Positions 41,850 through 53,319 of a stretch of DNA of 64,000 bases are shown here, piece by piece; the first letter of the stretch is position 1; each line of letters starts with the position of its first letter. Made by a program: the position numbers and the translations under genes. The notes under the pieces are model-generated. The model was not told where the DNA came from and searched no databases. It worked only from the letters and a program-made list of their open reading frames with translations. This stretch comes from Paramoeba atlantica (lineage: Eukaryota > Protista > Discosea). Location of the stretch: NCBI GenBank assembly GCA_977017575.1, contig CDRNVI010000029.1, positions 682,001-746,000 on the forward strand, in the 5' to 3' direction.

Positions 41850-43118
41850 ATGCATCACAACACCTTACCCATCCGCAAATCCGCAACCTATGAGGCCTCT
41901 CATCTGCTTGCCGCTCAAAGCATTTGGAATCTTCACTTCTCCTCCTCTAAACACATCCTGCGTGACACGCCCACTTTTGCGAAACCTCATCCCGCGATCC
42001 CAATCTTCCGCATCCTCTCTCTCAAGGGGGAAATCCCTTCCTCTCTTCAAGCCCCCTTTCAGCGTAGATTAAATGACCATGCAGCCATGACGGCGTATAG
42101 AACCATGGTAGTACTACGATGTCTCGATGCCTACCTCTTAGAGAGTCAACGACAGGGGCGGATCTCGTTTTACTTAACCCATACAGGGGAAGAGGGGCTG
42201 CAGGTCGGCAGCGCGGCAGCGTTGGACCCGACCGATGTGATTTATGGACAGTACCGGGAGCTCGGGGTTCTGTTATCTCGGGGTTACACTTTGGAGGAGG
42301 TGATTGCACAATGCATGGGATCGGTGAAAGATAAAGGAAAGGGACGACAAATGCCGGTGCACTACGGCAGTGATAAATTGCGTTACCACACGGTGTCCTC
42401 TCCGTTAGGGACGCAACTGCCCCAGGCCGCGGGGTGCGGGTATGGGCTTCGTATGGAGAAAGGGCCCGGGAGGGTATGTGTGTGCTATTTCGGAGATGGG
42501 GCAGCCTCGGAGGGGGACTTTCATGCGGCCCTGAATATGGCGGCTACCTTGCGCTGTCGGACGATATTCTTCTGCCGCAACAATGGATATGCGATATCCA
42601 CGCCCTGCGTTGAGCAATACGCTGGAGACGGTATCGGTTGCCGGGGGAGTAGCTATGGAATTCCTTCCATACGGGTCGATGGCAACGATGTTCTTGCCGT
42701 GTTTGAGGCGACGCGACAAGCTCGCAAGCTTTGCATAGAAGAGAACAAACCTGTACTGATTGAGGCGCTTACGTATCGTGAAGGACACCATAGTAGTTCC
42801 GATGACTCTTCGTGTTACCGAAATAACCAAGAGATGCAGGAGAAGGCTAAAAAGGCATTGGGTGACCCTATTCAACGGTTTGAAAAATACTTGGAGGGTA
42901 GAGATTTATGGAATCCCGAGTTGAAAGATGTATTCTTGCAGAATACGCGTCAATCTATCCTTAAGCTTTTACATAAACACGAAAATTTACCTAAACTCTC
43001 TCCAGTGAGCTTGCTTGATGATGTTTATGACGTGAAACCCCCTCATTTACAAACGCAGCAACAAGAACTCGATGTTTATCTTCAAAAATATCATAAAACG
43101 AATAATGAATTGACCTGA
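41850..43118 (+). CDS. BCKDHA: Branched-chain alpha-keto acid dehydrogenase E1 alpha subunit
   Basis: ESQRQGRISFY....GEEG, QYRE.GVL, KGKGRQMPVHYGS, SSPLGTQLPQA.G, YFGDGAASEGDFHAA.N (TPP motif) and HHSSSDDSS.YR. Confidence 0.97.
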   Translation: MHHNTLPIRKSATYEASHLLAAQSIWNLHFSSSKHILRDTPTFAKPHPAIPIFRILSLKGEIPSSLQAPFQRRLNDHAAMTAYRTMVVLRCLDAYLLESQRQGRISFYLTHTGEEGLQVGSAAALDPTDVIYGQYRELGVLLSRGYTLEEVIAQCMGSVKDKGKGRQMPVHYGSDKLRYHTVSSPLGTQLPQAAGCGYGLRMEKGPGRVCVCYFGDGAASEGDFHAALNMAATLRCRTIFFCRNNGYAISTPCVEQYAGDGIGCRGSSYGIPSIRVDGNDVLAVFEATRQARKLCIEENKPVLIEALTYREGHHSSSDDSSCYRNNQEMQEKAKKALGDPIQRFEKYLEGRDLWNPELKDVFLQNTRQSILKLLHKHENLPKLSPVSLLDDVYDVKPPHLQTQQQELDVYLQKYHKTNNELT

Positions 43119-43325
43119 TTCCATCAAGCATAACTTCTTTTTAACGAAGGATGTACCGCAGCCCCATCTCGTGGCATGACAAAAGGTACATTTTTTTGAG
43201 TGACGCCTTTTGGCCCTTACCCACGCCTTTTCTTTGGTATATGTCTTTATTTCTCTTGTAACTTACCATGTACAATGTTGTGGTTAGCTTGCTGATCTCA
43301 AAATCGTAAATAGATATTTGCAGAA

Positions 43326-44264
43326 ATGTTGCAGGATGTGATTGGAAAAGGGGGTGTTGACCCAATGAAAGCATTTATTTCTCTTCCAGTGGTACCAATC
43401 GTACGAGCCATTGCCCTACAACAGGCTGCTCACGTGATAGGCGCTGTTTTGTGTGGTGCCTTCATGCAGCACAGTCTGTTCTTACTTGTACCAAAGTTTT
43501 TACCGTGGGTGTCAAAGTTTCAATTATTGGAGAATGTTCAAAAACGGTTTTTCACGCCTGAAACGAATCTCTCTGTTTCGGGGCCCACTGCAAATGATGT
43601 TTGTAAGAATGATAGGCAAGAATCTGTAAATATTGAGTTGATGTGTCATCGAAAAATGTATAGGTGGTGGACCGACAATGCAATACATGTTGGTAAGATT
43701 CAGTTATATCGAATGGGAACGGAACTTACGATCTGTGCTTTGCTCCAAACGCTTTTATCTCCTGTAGTTCCTGGGCTAGAGGCAACAGTCGGGGAGTCAT
43801 CACTATCAGCATATCAGATGTGGATCCTCGGTCGGGCGTTTGAAGCACATTGGCTGCAGTGTATGTTTCATCTCTCAGACGTTATCGCATGCCGTGGTTC
43901 TTCCGTGTATATTCCATGGAGCACTTGTATTTCCCTGCAAGGGTCGCTTTCGATTTCGCAGGCCACGGCGCTTCACACAATACAAGCGTTATCCGAGGAA
44001 TCATTGCGTGTTTTAACTACAATATCAACGCTTGGAGTACACGGGGGCCTTTTACTTTATGTGTTCTCTTCAATCCTGCGGACTTTTTCGATCACACTCG
44101 GCGGGCGGTTCATATACAACCATCCTGATGCGTTCAAACATATACTTGCTGTATGTCGTCAGGAACGGGGAAAGGCCTATTTATCTTCCTTGTTCAGTTA
44201 TTTAATGACGCGAAGTGGGGCGGAAGTTAGTTGCGATTCAAGTGGTTGCATAACGTCTACATGA
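43326..44264 (+). CDS. Hypothetical protein with several hydrophobic segments
   Basis: 312-aa ATG ORF on the cluster strand between two housekeeping genes; no family recognised. Confidence 0.65.
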   Translation: MLQDVIGKGGVDPMKAFISLPVVPIVRAIALQQAAHVIGAVLCGAFMQHSLFLLVPKFLPWVSKFQLLENVQKRFFTPETNLSVSGPTANDVCKNDRQESVNIELMCHRKMYRWWTDNAIHVGKIQLYRMGTELTICALLQTLLSPVVPGLEATVGESSLSAYQMWILGRAFEAHWLQCMFHLSDVIACRGSSVYIPWSTCISLQGSLSISQATALHTIQALSEESLRVLTTISTLGVHGGLLLYVFSSILRTFSITLGGRFIYNHPDAFKHILAVCRQERGKAYLSSLFSYLMTRSGAEVSCDSSGCITST

Positions 44265-44577
44265 TAAAAGCCGATATAATTTAGATGTAGATAAACGTGC
44301 GCAGCTTCACAAGGGCTCATACACTAACATTACTTTTCTCGAACGGTACTTTTTACAACAGTACTTCTCTCGAAAAGTTAAATTTTTTTTAAAAGTTAAT
44401 TTTTTTGAACGTAGCAGAGCAATTCTTCTAACCCGGGGTGGGGGATACTACTTAAATGGGGGTTTATATTTAAATTAACTTTAAGATTTAAATTGCAGGT
44501 TAATATTTAGATTTTATTTAAATCTAAATATTAAAATTGTATTCTCTACGTTACGCTTTAAGAGTTAGTACTATCGA

Positions 44578-46233
44578 ATGGTTCAGCGCAGTCTTCGCAC
44601 GCTTCAGGCCGTCTCAGCCCCTGCGTTTGCTTACACTCCAATCTTTCCATGTGTACCGGAAGCTCCGTACCGTCTTATTTCTCGCAATCATGTCAAAACC
44701 CACTCCATTCAGGGGCGTGAAATTCTGGAAATCGAGCCACAGGGTTTGAGTTTGCTCGCTGCAACGGCCTTTAGCGACATGGCTCACCTCTTGCGGCCGG
44801 GACACCTTCAACAATTACGTCGCATCTTGGATGATCCTGAAGCGAGTGACAACGATCACTTTGTGGCACTTCAAATGCTAAAGAATGCAAATATCGCCGC
44901 TGGTCGTATACTACCAGGATGTCAGGATACGGGAACCGCCATTGTGGCAGGCTACAAGGGACAGCACGTGTGGACGAATGAAAATGACGAAGAGAGCCTC
45001 TCCCTGGGCATTTTCAAGACGTACACGGAGACGAACTTGCGGTACTCTCAGTTGGCTCCCTTGACAATGTATCAAGAAAAAAATACAGGAACCAACCTTC
45101 CCGCTCAGATTGATTTGTATGCAACGAAAGGAAATGAGTATCACTTCCTGTTTGTAGCAAAAGGGGGAGGAAGCGCGAACAAAAGCTTTCTGTTTCAGGA
45201 GACCAAAGCGTTGCTTAATCCCCAAAGTCTACATCGATTCCTCAAGGAGAAGCTCGCATGTTTCGGTACCGCGGCCTGTCCACCCTACCATGTGGCCGTG
45301 GTAATCGGCGGCACCAGCGCAGAAATGACTTTAAAAACCGTCAAATACGCCAGCTGTCGGTACTACGACAACCTCCCCACCAAAGGCTCCCCCCTCGGCC
45401 ACGCCTACCGCGACCTTGAAATGGAAAAAGAAGTTCTTGAAATATGCCAAAAAATTGGTCTCGGGGCCCAATTCGGGGGGAAATACTATGCCCACGACGT
45501 CCGTGTACTCCGTCTCCCCCGTCACGGTGCCTCCTGTCCCATCGGCATCGGTGTCTCCTGTTCCGCGGACCGTCAAGTCCTTGGCAAAATCACCCCCGAC
45601 GGGATCTTCCTCGAACAGCTCGAGACCAACCCGGCACAGTATCTCCCCGAGGTCACGGAATCCGACCTCCTGCGAACCCCCGCAATCGAGATTAACCTGA
45701 ACCAACCCATGGACACGCTCCGGGATCAGCTCTCCACACTTCCCATCCAGACCCGACTACGGCTCACGGGGACGCTAATCGTTGCACGGGACACCGCGCA
45801 CGCCAGGCTACGGGAAATCTTACTCTCCGGTCAGCCGCTGCCGGATTACTTCAAGGACCACGCGGTTTACTACGCCGGCCCGGCCAAGTGCCCCGCAGGG
45901 TACCCCAGCGGTTCGTTTGGCCCCACCACAGCCGGGCGAATGGACCAATTTGTGGATTTGTTTCAAAAAGCGGGGGGGTCGTTTGTGATGCTAGCAAAGG
46001 GCAACCGAAGCAAGGAGGTCACAAAGGCGTGTAAGGAGAATAAAGGGTTTTACCTCGGAAGTATTGGAGGCCCAGCGGCGGTGCTCGCGACGGAGTCCAT
46101 TAAGAAGGTGGAGGTGGTGGATTTTCCCGAGCTCGGGATGGAGGCGGTGTGGAGGATTGAGGTGGTGGATTTTCCAGCGTTTCTGGTCGTGGATGATAAG
46201 GGGAATGATTTTTTTACGAAAATTATGGCATGA
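44578..46233 (+). CDS. FH: Class I (Fe-S) fumarate hydratase, probably mitochondrial
   Basis: [65 protein letters not shown] and GPTTAGRMD. Confidence 0.97.
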   Translation: MVQRSLRTLQAVSAPAFAYTPIFPCVPEAPYRLISRNHVKTHSIQGREILEIEPQGLSLLAATAFSDMAHLLRPGHLQQLRRILDDPEASDNDHFVALQMLKNANIAAGRILPGCQDTGTAIVAGYKGQHVWTNENDEESLSLGIFKTYTETNLRYSQLAPLTMYQEKNTGTNLPAQIDLYATKGNEYHFLFVAKGGGSANKSFLFQETKALLNPQSLHRFLKEKLACFGTAACPPYHVAVVIGGTSAEMTLKTVKYASCRYYDNLPTKGSPLGHAYRDLEMEKEVLEICQKIGLGAQFGGKYYAHDVRVLRLPRHGASCPIGIGVSCSADRQVLGKITPDGIFLEQLETNPAQYLPEVTESDLLRTPAIEINLNQPMDTLRDQLSTLPIQTRLRLTGTLIVARDTAHARLREILLSGQPLPDYFKDHAVYYAGPAKCPAGYPSGSFGPTTAGRMDQFVDLFQKAGGSFVMLAKGNRSKEVTKACKENKGFYLGSIGGPAAVLATESIKKVEVVDFPELGMEAVWRIEVVDFPAFLVVDDKGNDFFTKIMA

Positions 46234-46639
46234 GGAGGTGAGTTGTGTAAAAGACGTGAGTTGTGAAAGCTGGGGAAAGAACACTGGGCGCGAGGTAAAT
46301 CTGTGCGATACTGTACATAGGGGGTACTTTATCTGGATGTCTTGTGGAATATTACAAAGCGAAGCACAAATCTTGGTATGTCGGGTTTACTGATTAGAGG
46401 TATTTGTGAGATATTCATGCATAACCCATCTTTATGAAGTATTCATAAATAACCCATTTTCTGTTCATAGACGCATGTTTGCAATAGAAATCACATCATT
46501 TTCGGAAATAGCTAGTATAGTTTGCAAAGTAGGTTCACATCACATCAACTTACCACGCTCTTCCCTTTCTTATCTTTCGCAATCACACTTACAATTTCTT
46601 TTTCTTTTGCAACCTCTTTTTCTGCACTTAATACTTGAC

Positions 46640-47360
46640 TTTCTTCTCATGTCCTCCCGCACCCATCTTTTGCCAATTTGTTCGTATGCTTCGGACGTTA
46701 TCCCGTTGAAAAATCGGTAGATGCTTCTTCAGGTCAAGGCCTTGTAAAAGAAGCCTTGGGAAGAATTTCCCAGGTTCCCGCGAAGAATGCGAACATGTTG
46801 TTCTGCATTCATGTTCCCATAGACTAGAACCATCTTTTTCCACAGGTACCATCCAGCATCATAACATGGTGGAGCCCCCCGTACTTTATAGTCCCAGGAG
46901 TCGTTCACCCACTTAATCCTTCTCTGGGGGACTTGTGCACCCAGTTGTTCCTAACATTCACAAAACCGAAAAGTTTCGTCTCGTCCGAACATAGCACCCA
47001 GGACCAATTTGCGAAGGTCCAATGAGGGAGTCAAATGGCAAACTTCAATCTAGGTTCCTTATCGTCGGGTCACCTTTGTCTTCGTGACACGCTTACGGGC
47101 TCGCAGTCCCTTTGAGCGCAGAGCAATGCGGACTGACTGGGGGATAAGTGAACTACGTTCTTCATGTGACCTCCTGCTTACAGCACCGACATTTTTTCTT
47201 CACCACATGTGATCAGACGTTTCATGCGTCGCGAGCATGTGTCTGTGATCTTGCAGGGGCGTCCGCTTTCTGAATTATCTCTTCATGAATGGTGCGTTTT
47301 TCTCGCTTTGGAAAAAAATTCTGGGATGAGCTTGTGCTCGCCCGCAACTTTAGGACATAC
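46640..47360 (-). mobile_element. Decayed Tc1-family transposase
   Basis: Minus-strand fragments ESGRPCKIT, KGLRARKRV, WSWVLCSDETKL (first D), TIKYGG and PIFQRDN (second D), with stops and frameshifts. Confidence 0.8.
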
Positions 47361-47513
47361 TTTCCTGATTTAAAAAACCAATTTTAAACGAAAACTACTC
47401 AAACGACAAATCCCTTCAATTAAAAAACGATAAATCTCCTTCTGTGCATAATTTTTCAATAAGTTAACTTTTCGAGCGCAACAGAGCTATTTTTCTACAT
47501 CTTATTTGTTGCA

Positions 47514-48374
47514 TTGATCGCGATAATGTTGGTTACCAGCGCGTTGCATAATGTTTGCTTTGCCGATATGCCAACGGCAAAACAAGCAAACCGTCCGAAT
47601 AAAGTACGAGGAACTGACCTTCCGCAAGAATATGAACTGGCTCGATTCACTGAAGACATTGTAAATCCGCATCCTTCATGGATCACATCAATCCCTGCGT
47701 GTGAATGGCATGCTGTGCTCTGTAATGAAAAGCGTGATGTGATCACTATAAATTGGGATAGCATGGGTCTAGCAGGATCACTGCGCTGGGACTCGATATG
47801 TCGCACATTGAGTGCATTGTCGGTGGATTATTACCCAAGCAGTGGTCAACATCCTAATCGACTTACAGGAAAGGTAACGTTTGATCATTTTCCATCCCAA
47901 GTTACCTTTCTAGGATTATCACACAATTTGTTTAGCGGTGAATTGCATTTAGAGTACTTGCCACAATTGCTACGTGATTTCTATTCCACAGAAAACCAAT
48001 TTGAAGGCAAGGTTGATTTATGTCACCTTCCCTCGAGTCTGGTAGAACTTTTCATTGATCGAAATAATCTCTCTGGAAACATCGACCTTGGAAGCTTGCC
48101 GCGGATCATCGAATATCTTAACTTTTCCCACAACAAATTCACTGGGATCCTTGATCTGCGGCATTTGCCCTCAACAATTCAGTTTCTTAGTTGTAACGAC
48201 AACTTTTTCGTTGGTACATTATTACTTGATTGTCTTCCTAATGCACTACAAGATCTAGATGTACATAACAACTCAGAACTCTGTGGTACTGTCAAAATGA
48301 CAGTCTTTAACAGCTGCCCAAGCTTTACGCAGGTTCACGTGACAGGTACGAAGATCTGCCTAAGATATTTATGA
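47514..48374 (+). CDS. Leucine-rich repeat protein (Perkinsela-type) with a possible signal peptide
   Basis: Hydrophobic N-terminus, CEWHAVLCN...VITINW cap and about seven LRRs. Confidence 0.9.
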   Translation: MIAIMLVTSALHNVCFADMPTAKQANRPNKVRGTDLPQEYELARFTEDIVNPHPSWITSIPACEWHAVLCNEKRDVITINWDSMGLAGSLRWDSICRTLSALSVDYYPSSGQHPNRLTGKVTFDHFPSQVTFLGLSHNLFSGELHLEYLPQLLRDFYSTENQFEGKVDLCHLPSSLVELFIDRNNLSGNIDLGSLPRIIEYLNFSHNKFTGILDLRHLPSTIQFLSCNDNFFVGTLLLDCLPNALQDLDVHNNSELCGTVKMTVFNSCPSFTQVHVTGTKICLRYL

Positions 48375-48789
48375 TATTACACGCTTTCTATGGGTTGCTT
48401 CTTATTGTAAGGTCACCTCGTGGAATATGTCTAAACGAACGGCATTATTCGTTGTGTTTGGAGAAAGAATACGTTCTTAATCGAAAAGGCTTTTTCATCG
48501 ATAAGATTAATTATTTATTGAAATCTCATATTCGGTTCATACGCGCATGTTTATAGTAGAAATCGCATCATGCTCTATAGTTCGAAAATTCACTTTCCTA
48601 AGTCCACAACCTCGGTCTCCCCACTCCCCATTTTATTCTTACCTTTCCTTTTGTCGAAATCAGCTGTCTAAATCAGGTAAATTGTCGATTTAGTACGTAG
48701 AGCTGGTCATAAATCGAGAGAATAACTCTATGAGACGAATTGTAGACTATAATTTCTATGTTTAGCATACAAATTATTGGGAATTTTAA

Positions 48790-49393
48790 CAGGGGTCCGA
48801 ATAACTATTAAACTTTATTATAGGTACTTTAAAGTAACTATATTTATTTTCCCTACCTTTATCTACCTTTATTTTTTTTGTCAATGATTTACGCTGTAAT
48901 CGTACTATTTTTGTGAAAATTTTCAATGCCTAGACGCTCGGATAGCAACCCAGAAAGTCGCGCTGAATTTGTTGAGTCTCACTATAAGGAGGTGGAGGCC
49001 GGAAAGCGGGTATATGAATGTCAACTCTGCAATGCACCGGACAAGCGGAATTTTTTTTGCGAAAAAGGTATTCGCACGTCATACCCTTCTGCCCTGAGCC
49101 ATATAGAAAAGATTCATGAAAAAACTTTCGAAGCATGGCTGCAGGAGAAGCGAGCCAGAAAGCGCGAGACGGAAAATACTGTTGACAGCCTGATGTCAAG
49201 TCCAATAAAGCTTTCGAAGGTGTTCGAAAAGATGATCAAATGGAAGTGTGATCATGGAGTGTCAAACGCGGCCATTCAGGATCCACTTTTCAAATGGTTG
49301 AAAGGCGCCGATTTTTTTTGTACAACCCCGTTCACGAAAAAATATTATTTTTTCTACCTATATATAAACTATATAAAGTTATTCGGACCCCTG
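48790..49393 (+). mobile_element. Internally deleted hAT element (zf-BED fragment)
   Basis: Perfect 16-bp TIRs (CAGGGGTCCGAATAAC 48790-48805; GTTATTCGGACCCCTG 49378-49393) and an exact 8-bp TSD AATTTTAA. The ORF from 48926 encodes CQLC...SHIEKIH and continues KWKCDHGVSNAAIQDPLF. Confidence 0.93.
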
Positions 49394-50760
49394 AATTTTA
49401 AAGTTATCAGTACGGAATCTTTTTCCCATTCATGGTATGCACTTTTCATTCATGGTATGCCCTTTTCCAAACGCTTCTTAAAAGATGCGTGCAAACGTCT
49501 CGCTAGATCCTTGGCCTCTGCTGAGAGAAGGTCATTTTCTACTACACGCTTAATTTCATCAGCCGTTCGTGGGCAGCTTTTGTTTTTCACTTCCCTGGCA
49601 CTACTCCATAAGTCCTCAATTGGATTCAAGTATGGTGAATCTGCAGGCCATTTCAGCAATGTTTCGCCGTTTGTTAATTTCATGTTTCGAAGGTCGGGGC
49701 AAACCTCATGAATACTAGTGTGATGTTCCCACCATTGTTGCATCTTTATGCTCGTATGGCCAGGCGCTCCATCATCCATATACAGTGGTCGTCACTATTC
49801 TCAGAATCCGGAATTGAACATTGACAGGATTTTTTCATTCTCATTCTCATTTTCGCAACCATTCTCATTTTCGCGTTGATTTTGCCGTTGAACGTTGACA
49901 AGAAATAGAAAATAAGTACAAAAAATCGGAATAAAGTCATACTGGGAGAGCGGTGGCTATTATAAAAATTTGAAAAACTGGGTAGGAAACAAGAAGTATG
50001 GGTCCGCACGCAACCCCGACGAAGGAACTCAATTTCCGACAATGTCGAATTCCTTGCTGGATTCAAAAGACGTTGAAGACTTCATTTGAGTGAGTGACTC
50101 AGAATCTGAAGTTGCGGAGGGAGAAGCCGAAGTAGCAGGCATTTTAAACTTACAAATTAAAGTTCTGATTCTAATTTTCGGAAAGAAAGTACAAGTACAG
50201 TACCGTCCTGTCCATAAATACTACGGTGAAAGATCATTATTATTTTGTTTGAAGGAACTCTTCATTATTGATTGCTTTTTCCCATTATGACCCTGTCGTA
50301 GTCGACAACGGCCTCAAAAAAATGCTAAATTCTTTTAAAAACAAATTCTTTTAAAAACAAATTCTTTTAAAAACTATAATGCCTAGACGCTGAGATTTCG
50401 ATCCAGAGACCTCAAAACAAGTACGTCTCCCCTCCGGCAAGGTCATCACCCCCACCACTGCCGTAGCTGAATTTTTGTGCGGATCCCTCTTTTTAGAGGC
50501 CTAGATTGGCACAACAGGGTCCCTCTTGATCCATTCTCATTCTCATTTTCAAGGCCCTTTTTGAGTTGAACTTTGACACGATAATTTGTCATTTTTCAGA
50601 GGGCCATTCTCATTTTCGTGACTCTCAGATTGGTGACGACCACTGTACACGTATGTGGCGCTCTTGTGATTCAAACGGTGAGGCACTTGGGGTCCACTAT
50701 TTCTTTACGGTAAAGATAAAGCTCTCCTCATGCAGCTGAAAGGTTTGGATCAATGAGGCT
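49394..50760 (-). mobile_element. Tc1-family transposase remnant interrupted by a MITE
   Basis: YMDDGAPGH (second D) and WPADSPYLNPIE (E motif). Removing 49783-50645 and one TA restores ...HKSATYV-YMDDG. Confidence 0.85.
49783..50645. mobile_element. 863-bp non-autonomous Tc1/mariner element
   Basis: TA|CAGTGGTCGTCAC ... GTGACGACCACTG|TA. CATTCTCATTTTC motifs at ~49835-49870, 50531 and 50603; degraded MPRR*DFDPETSK transposase-like start at ~50380. Confidence 0.88.
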
Positions 50761-51833
50761 TAATTTACTACATTTGAATTGATCATTAAGTCATTGGAAC
50801 TTATTTTTGGCCCATTCGATTTCTATTTTCTTTCTCTTAGTCTTGTGTTCCGAATCCTCCGAAGTGATGTGGTGTGCATTCATAGTGGCGCGTGGCTGCA
50901 CCGTGTGTTAGGGAGGATGGGTTTTATCGATATTGCAGTGACATAAAGGGAAAAAAAGAGAATAACTAAGGAATGCAATTAGGTGAACCTTAAACTCGGA
51001 CGTGATAATTTGGGCATATAATTTGGGAATATAAAAATTTATATTATAAATACACGGACACTGTTTTCCTTCCTACAACTGGTAAAAGTGTACGTGTGGC
51101 TTAGACGAGGAATTTTGATATTCTATGATTTCTTCTTTGAAGGGATGACCTCATTGCCCCCTCCACGGAATATCCAGAATAATAATCCAGAATAATAAGA
51201 ACATAATAAATGAACGCGAAAAAAGTATTTCTATAGTTCAACACTGAGAAAAAAAACCAGTCAAAAATATCTCAGATACGAGGAAGAAATACAAAACGGA
51301 GCTCTGGACATGCGAATAATAAAACACATACATTACTTTGATAGAATTTTAATAGAACTGTATAATCTTTATCAAAACACAGTAATATACCGGTCTAAAC
51401 TTAATTGCGCCCAAAATTAACTTAACCCAAAGGCAGATTTTGGGCTCAATTAAGTTTGGGCGTAATAAACGTTATGTTCGACAAATTGTTTTCTAAATCC
51501 TTTGAAAAAGAATTTTCCAATTTTTATGGATAACTTTACGAATTCCGAAGGTAGTGCTTGAGGTTTCAAGACGAAACACTATCTGAAAGTGAAGAAGAGA
51601 TTGATGTCCAGACGCTACTTACCGTCACCCCCCCCCTCACTTGTCCTCCTAGGTGACATATCCTCTTTTTACAATCGATGAAAGGATATGTCACTTAGTA
51701 CCAAGACATAAAGTTCTTAAATAATGTTTTTGTGCTGAATGTATTTTGTTCTCAATAGTATTGACAACACACGTTTAAGTCAGTAAATAGCCAAAATATT
51801 CACGTTTCTTAAATTTTCAGCCTTCTAATCAAC

Positions 51834-53170
51834 ATGTTACTTATCAAGAAACCGAATCACAAACCTTTTAATGCAAATCAAGTACTGGTTTCGCTTCGCT
51901 CGCATGGGGAAGGTATTGCTGTAATGCCTCACATGGAAGACGTCCCCACGAGTGTAATAAATGAAACCCAGGTTGTGGTGGCTAGCACTGAAACATCGCG
52001 AAAATCAAGAGTCGAATTAACCATTCAACAGAAATTGAATGTGTGTGCCGCCATTGACAATGGTAAGATGCAACACCTCATTGCGAAGGAATACAAACTG
52101 GATGTCGGTACCGTACGAAAGCTGTTCAAAAAGAAGCAATTATGGAAGCAACTCGTCCGGTTGGGGTACGGACGAAATTACCAATATCATCCACCAACGA
52201 AGAATCGAGAATTATACGAGCAAAGAGCAGAAACTGTACAAATACTGAGAGAGGTCGTAGTGGGTGTGACGAAAATCATGATGTTCAATTTTTTCAATGA
52301 AATCTCACAGCATTTTCGTGAATTGACAGATAAAGGCCAAGAATACTTCTGGCTGCAATTTTTCAAATGGGCGAACATTTCTTTGCGACGGGTTAACGGA
52401 TGCACACAAGTGCTTGCCGCGGACGCCGATCTCCGTGTGAGTGAGTGGAAGGACATGTTGTCCCTGATGAATCTCGATCACGGAGGGTACAGTGTTGTAA
52501 TCACCGGAGATGAAACGCCAGTTGTATGGGAACCTGTTTCCACGGCAGCTTACGAATTTCGGGGCGCAAAGCGCGTAAAAATACGCACCACAGGAAAAGA
52601 GCGAAGTATAACTACTGGTTGGTTGAGTTCCCGCTCTGTTCGAGGATCAGGGAACGTGTGGTCACACACCGTGAATCCGATACATTTAATTTGGAGCGCA
52701 CATTCCCAAAAAAGAGCCATTTCTCAACAAACCGAGAGTGCGAGCAGGAAATACGGTTGTACAAGTACCACAACAAAATCTGGTTGGATGAATGGTGAAG
52801 CCTTCCTGTTGTGGGCAAAGCACGAGCTTTGCGACAAAAATAAGTACCCGCCACGCAAGACACTTCTTGTGGTAGACTTATTCGCCGCGCACACAACTCC
52901 AGAATTACTTGAAGAACTTAAAAGCACGCAAATTGACATTCTTTTTATACCTGGGGGTTGCAGTCCGCTAATACAATTGATGAATACGAGTGTAAACAAA
53001 GAGTTTAAAAGGAACTATACGAAGAAGTTTGCTTACTGACGGGGAGCTCGGTCCTTTAAAGCTCTTGAGGCACCGACACGAGTCAAAATTACGCGTTTTG
53101 CTGTTGAAAGCTTGAGTGAGGTCAATATGAATGCCTTAAAATGTGAATTCCTTCAAAAAATCGAGCGCAG
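51834..53170 (+). mobile_element. pogo/Tigger transposase (HTH_psq, CENP-B HTH, DDE_1) with the third D changed to N and an in-frame TGA at 53037
   Basis: KSRVELTIQQKLNVC...IAKEYKLDVGTVRK, ITGDETPV, LLVVDLFAAH and IPGGCSPLIQLMN. The frame continues after the TGA (RGARSFKALEAPTRVKITRF). Confidence 0.88.
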
Positions 53171-53319
53171 GGAAGTGGTAGAGTATGCCGCGGCGATAAT
53201 TTTCCACCCCCCCCCCTGGGGGTACCCCCCTGGTACGCGCAGGAGGGGTCCGACAAGGTCAAAATTTCCGAAATTTTTGGGGCAACCAAAAGAATTTTTT
53301 TTTGACCCAAAAAATCCAA

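Noticed and set aside
41850-46233. Bacterial operon or contamination (BCKDH E1, class I fumarase)
   Set aside because: Both have presequence-like N-terminal extensions and are embedded among eukaryote-specific genes; class I fumarase is normal in kinetoplastids.
49321-49345. TA|CAACCCCG as the TIR of the Tc1 remnant
   Set aside because: It lies inside the hAT element defined by perfect TIRs and TSD, and no partner end was found.
50380-50470. Minus-strand tRNA-like sequence (GGATCGAAA T-loop look-alike)
   Set aside because: No coherent acceptor, D or anticodon stems; the + strand reads as a degraded transposase start inside a MITE.
25213-53039. Genome-wide stop-codon reassignment (Blastocrithidia-like)
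   Set aside because: Long conserved genes contain no internal TAG or TGA, and all three stops terminate genes; only two isolated in-frame stops were seen.
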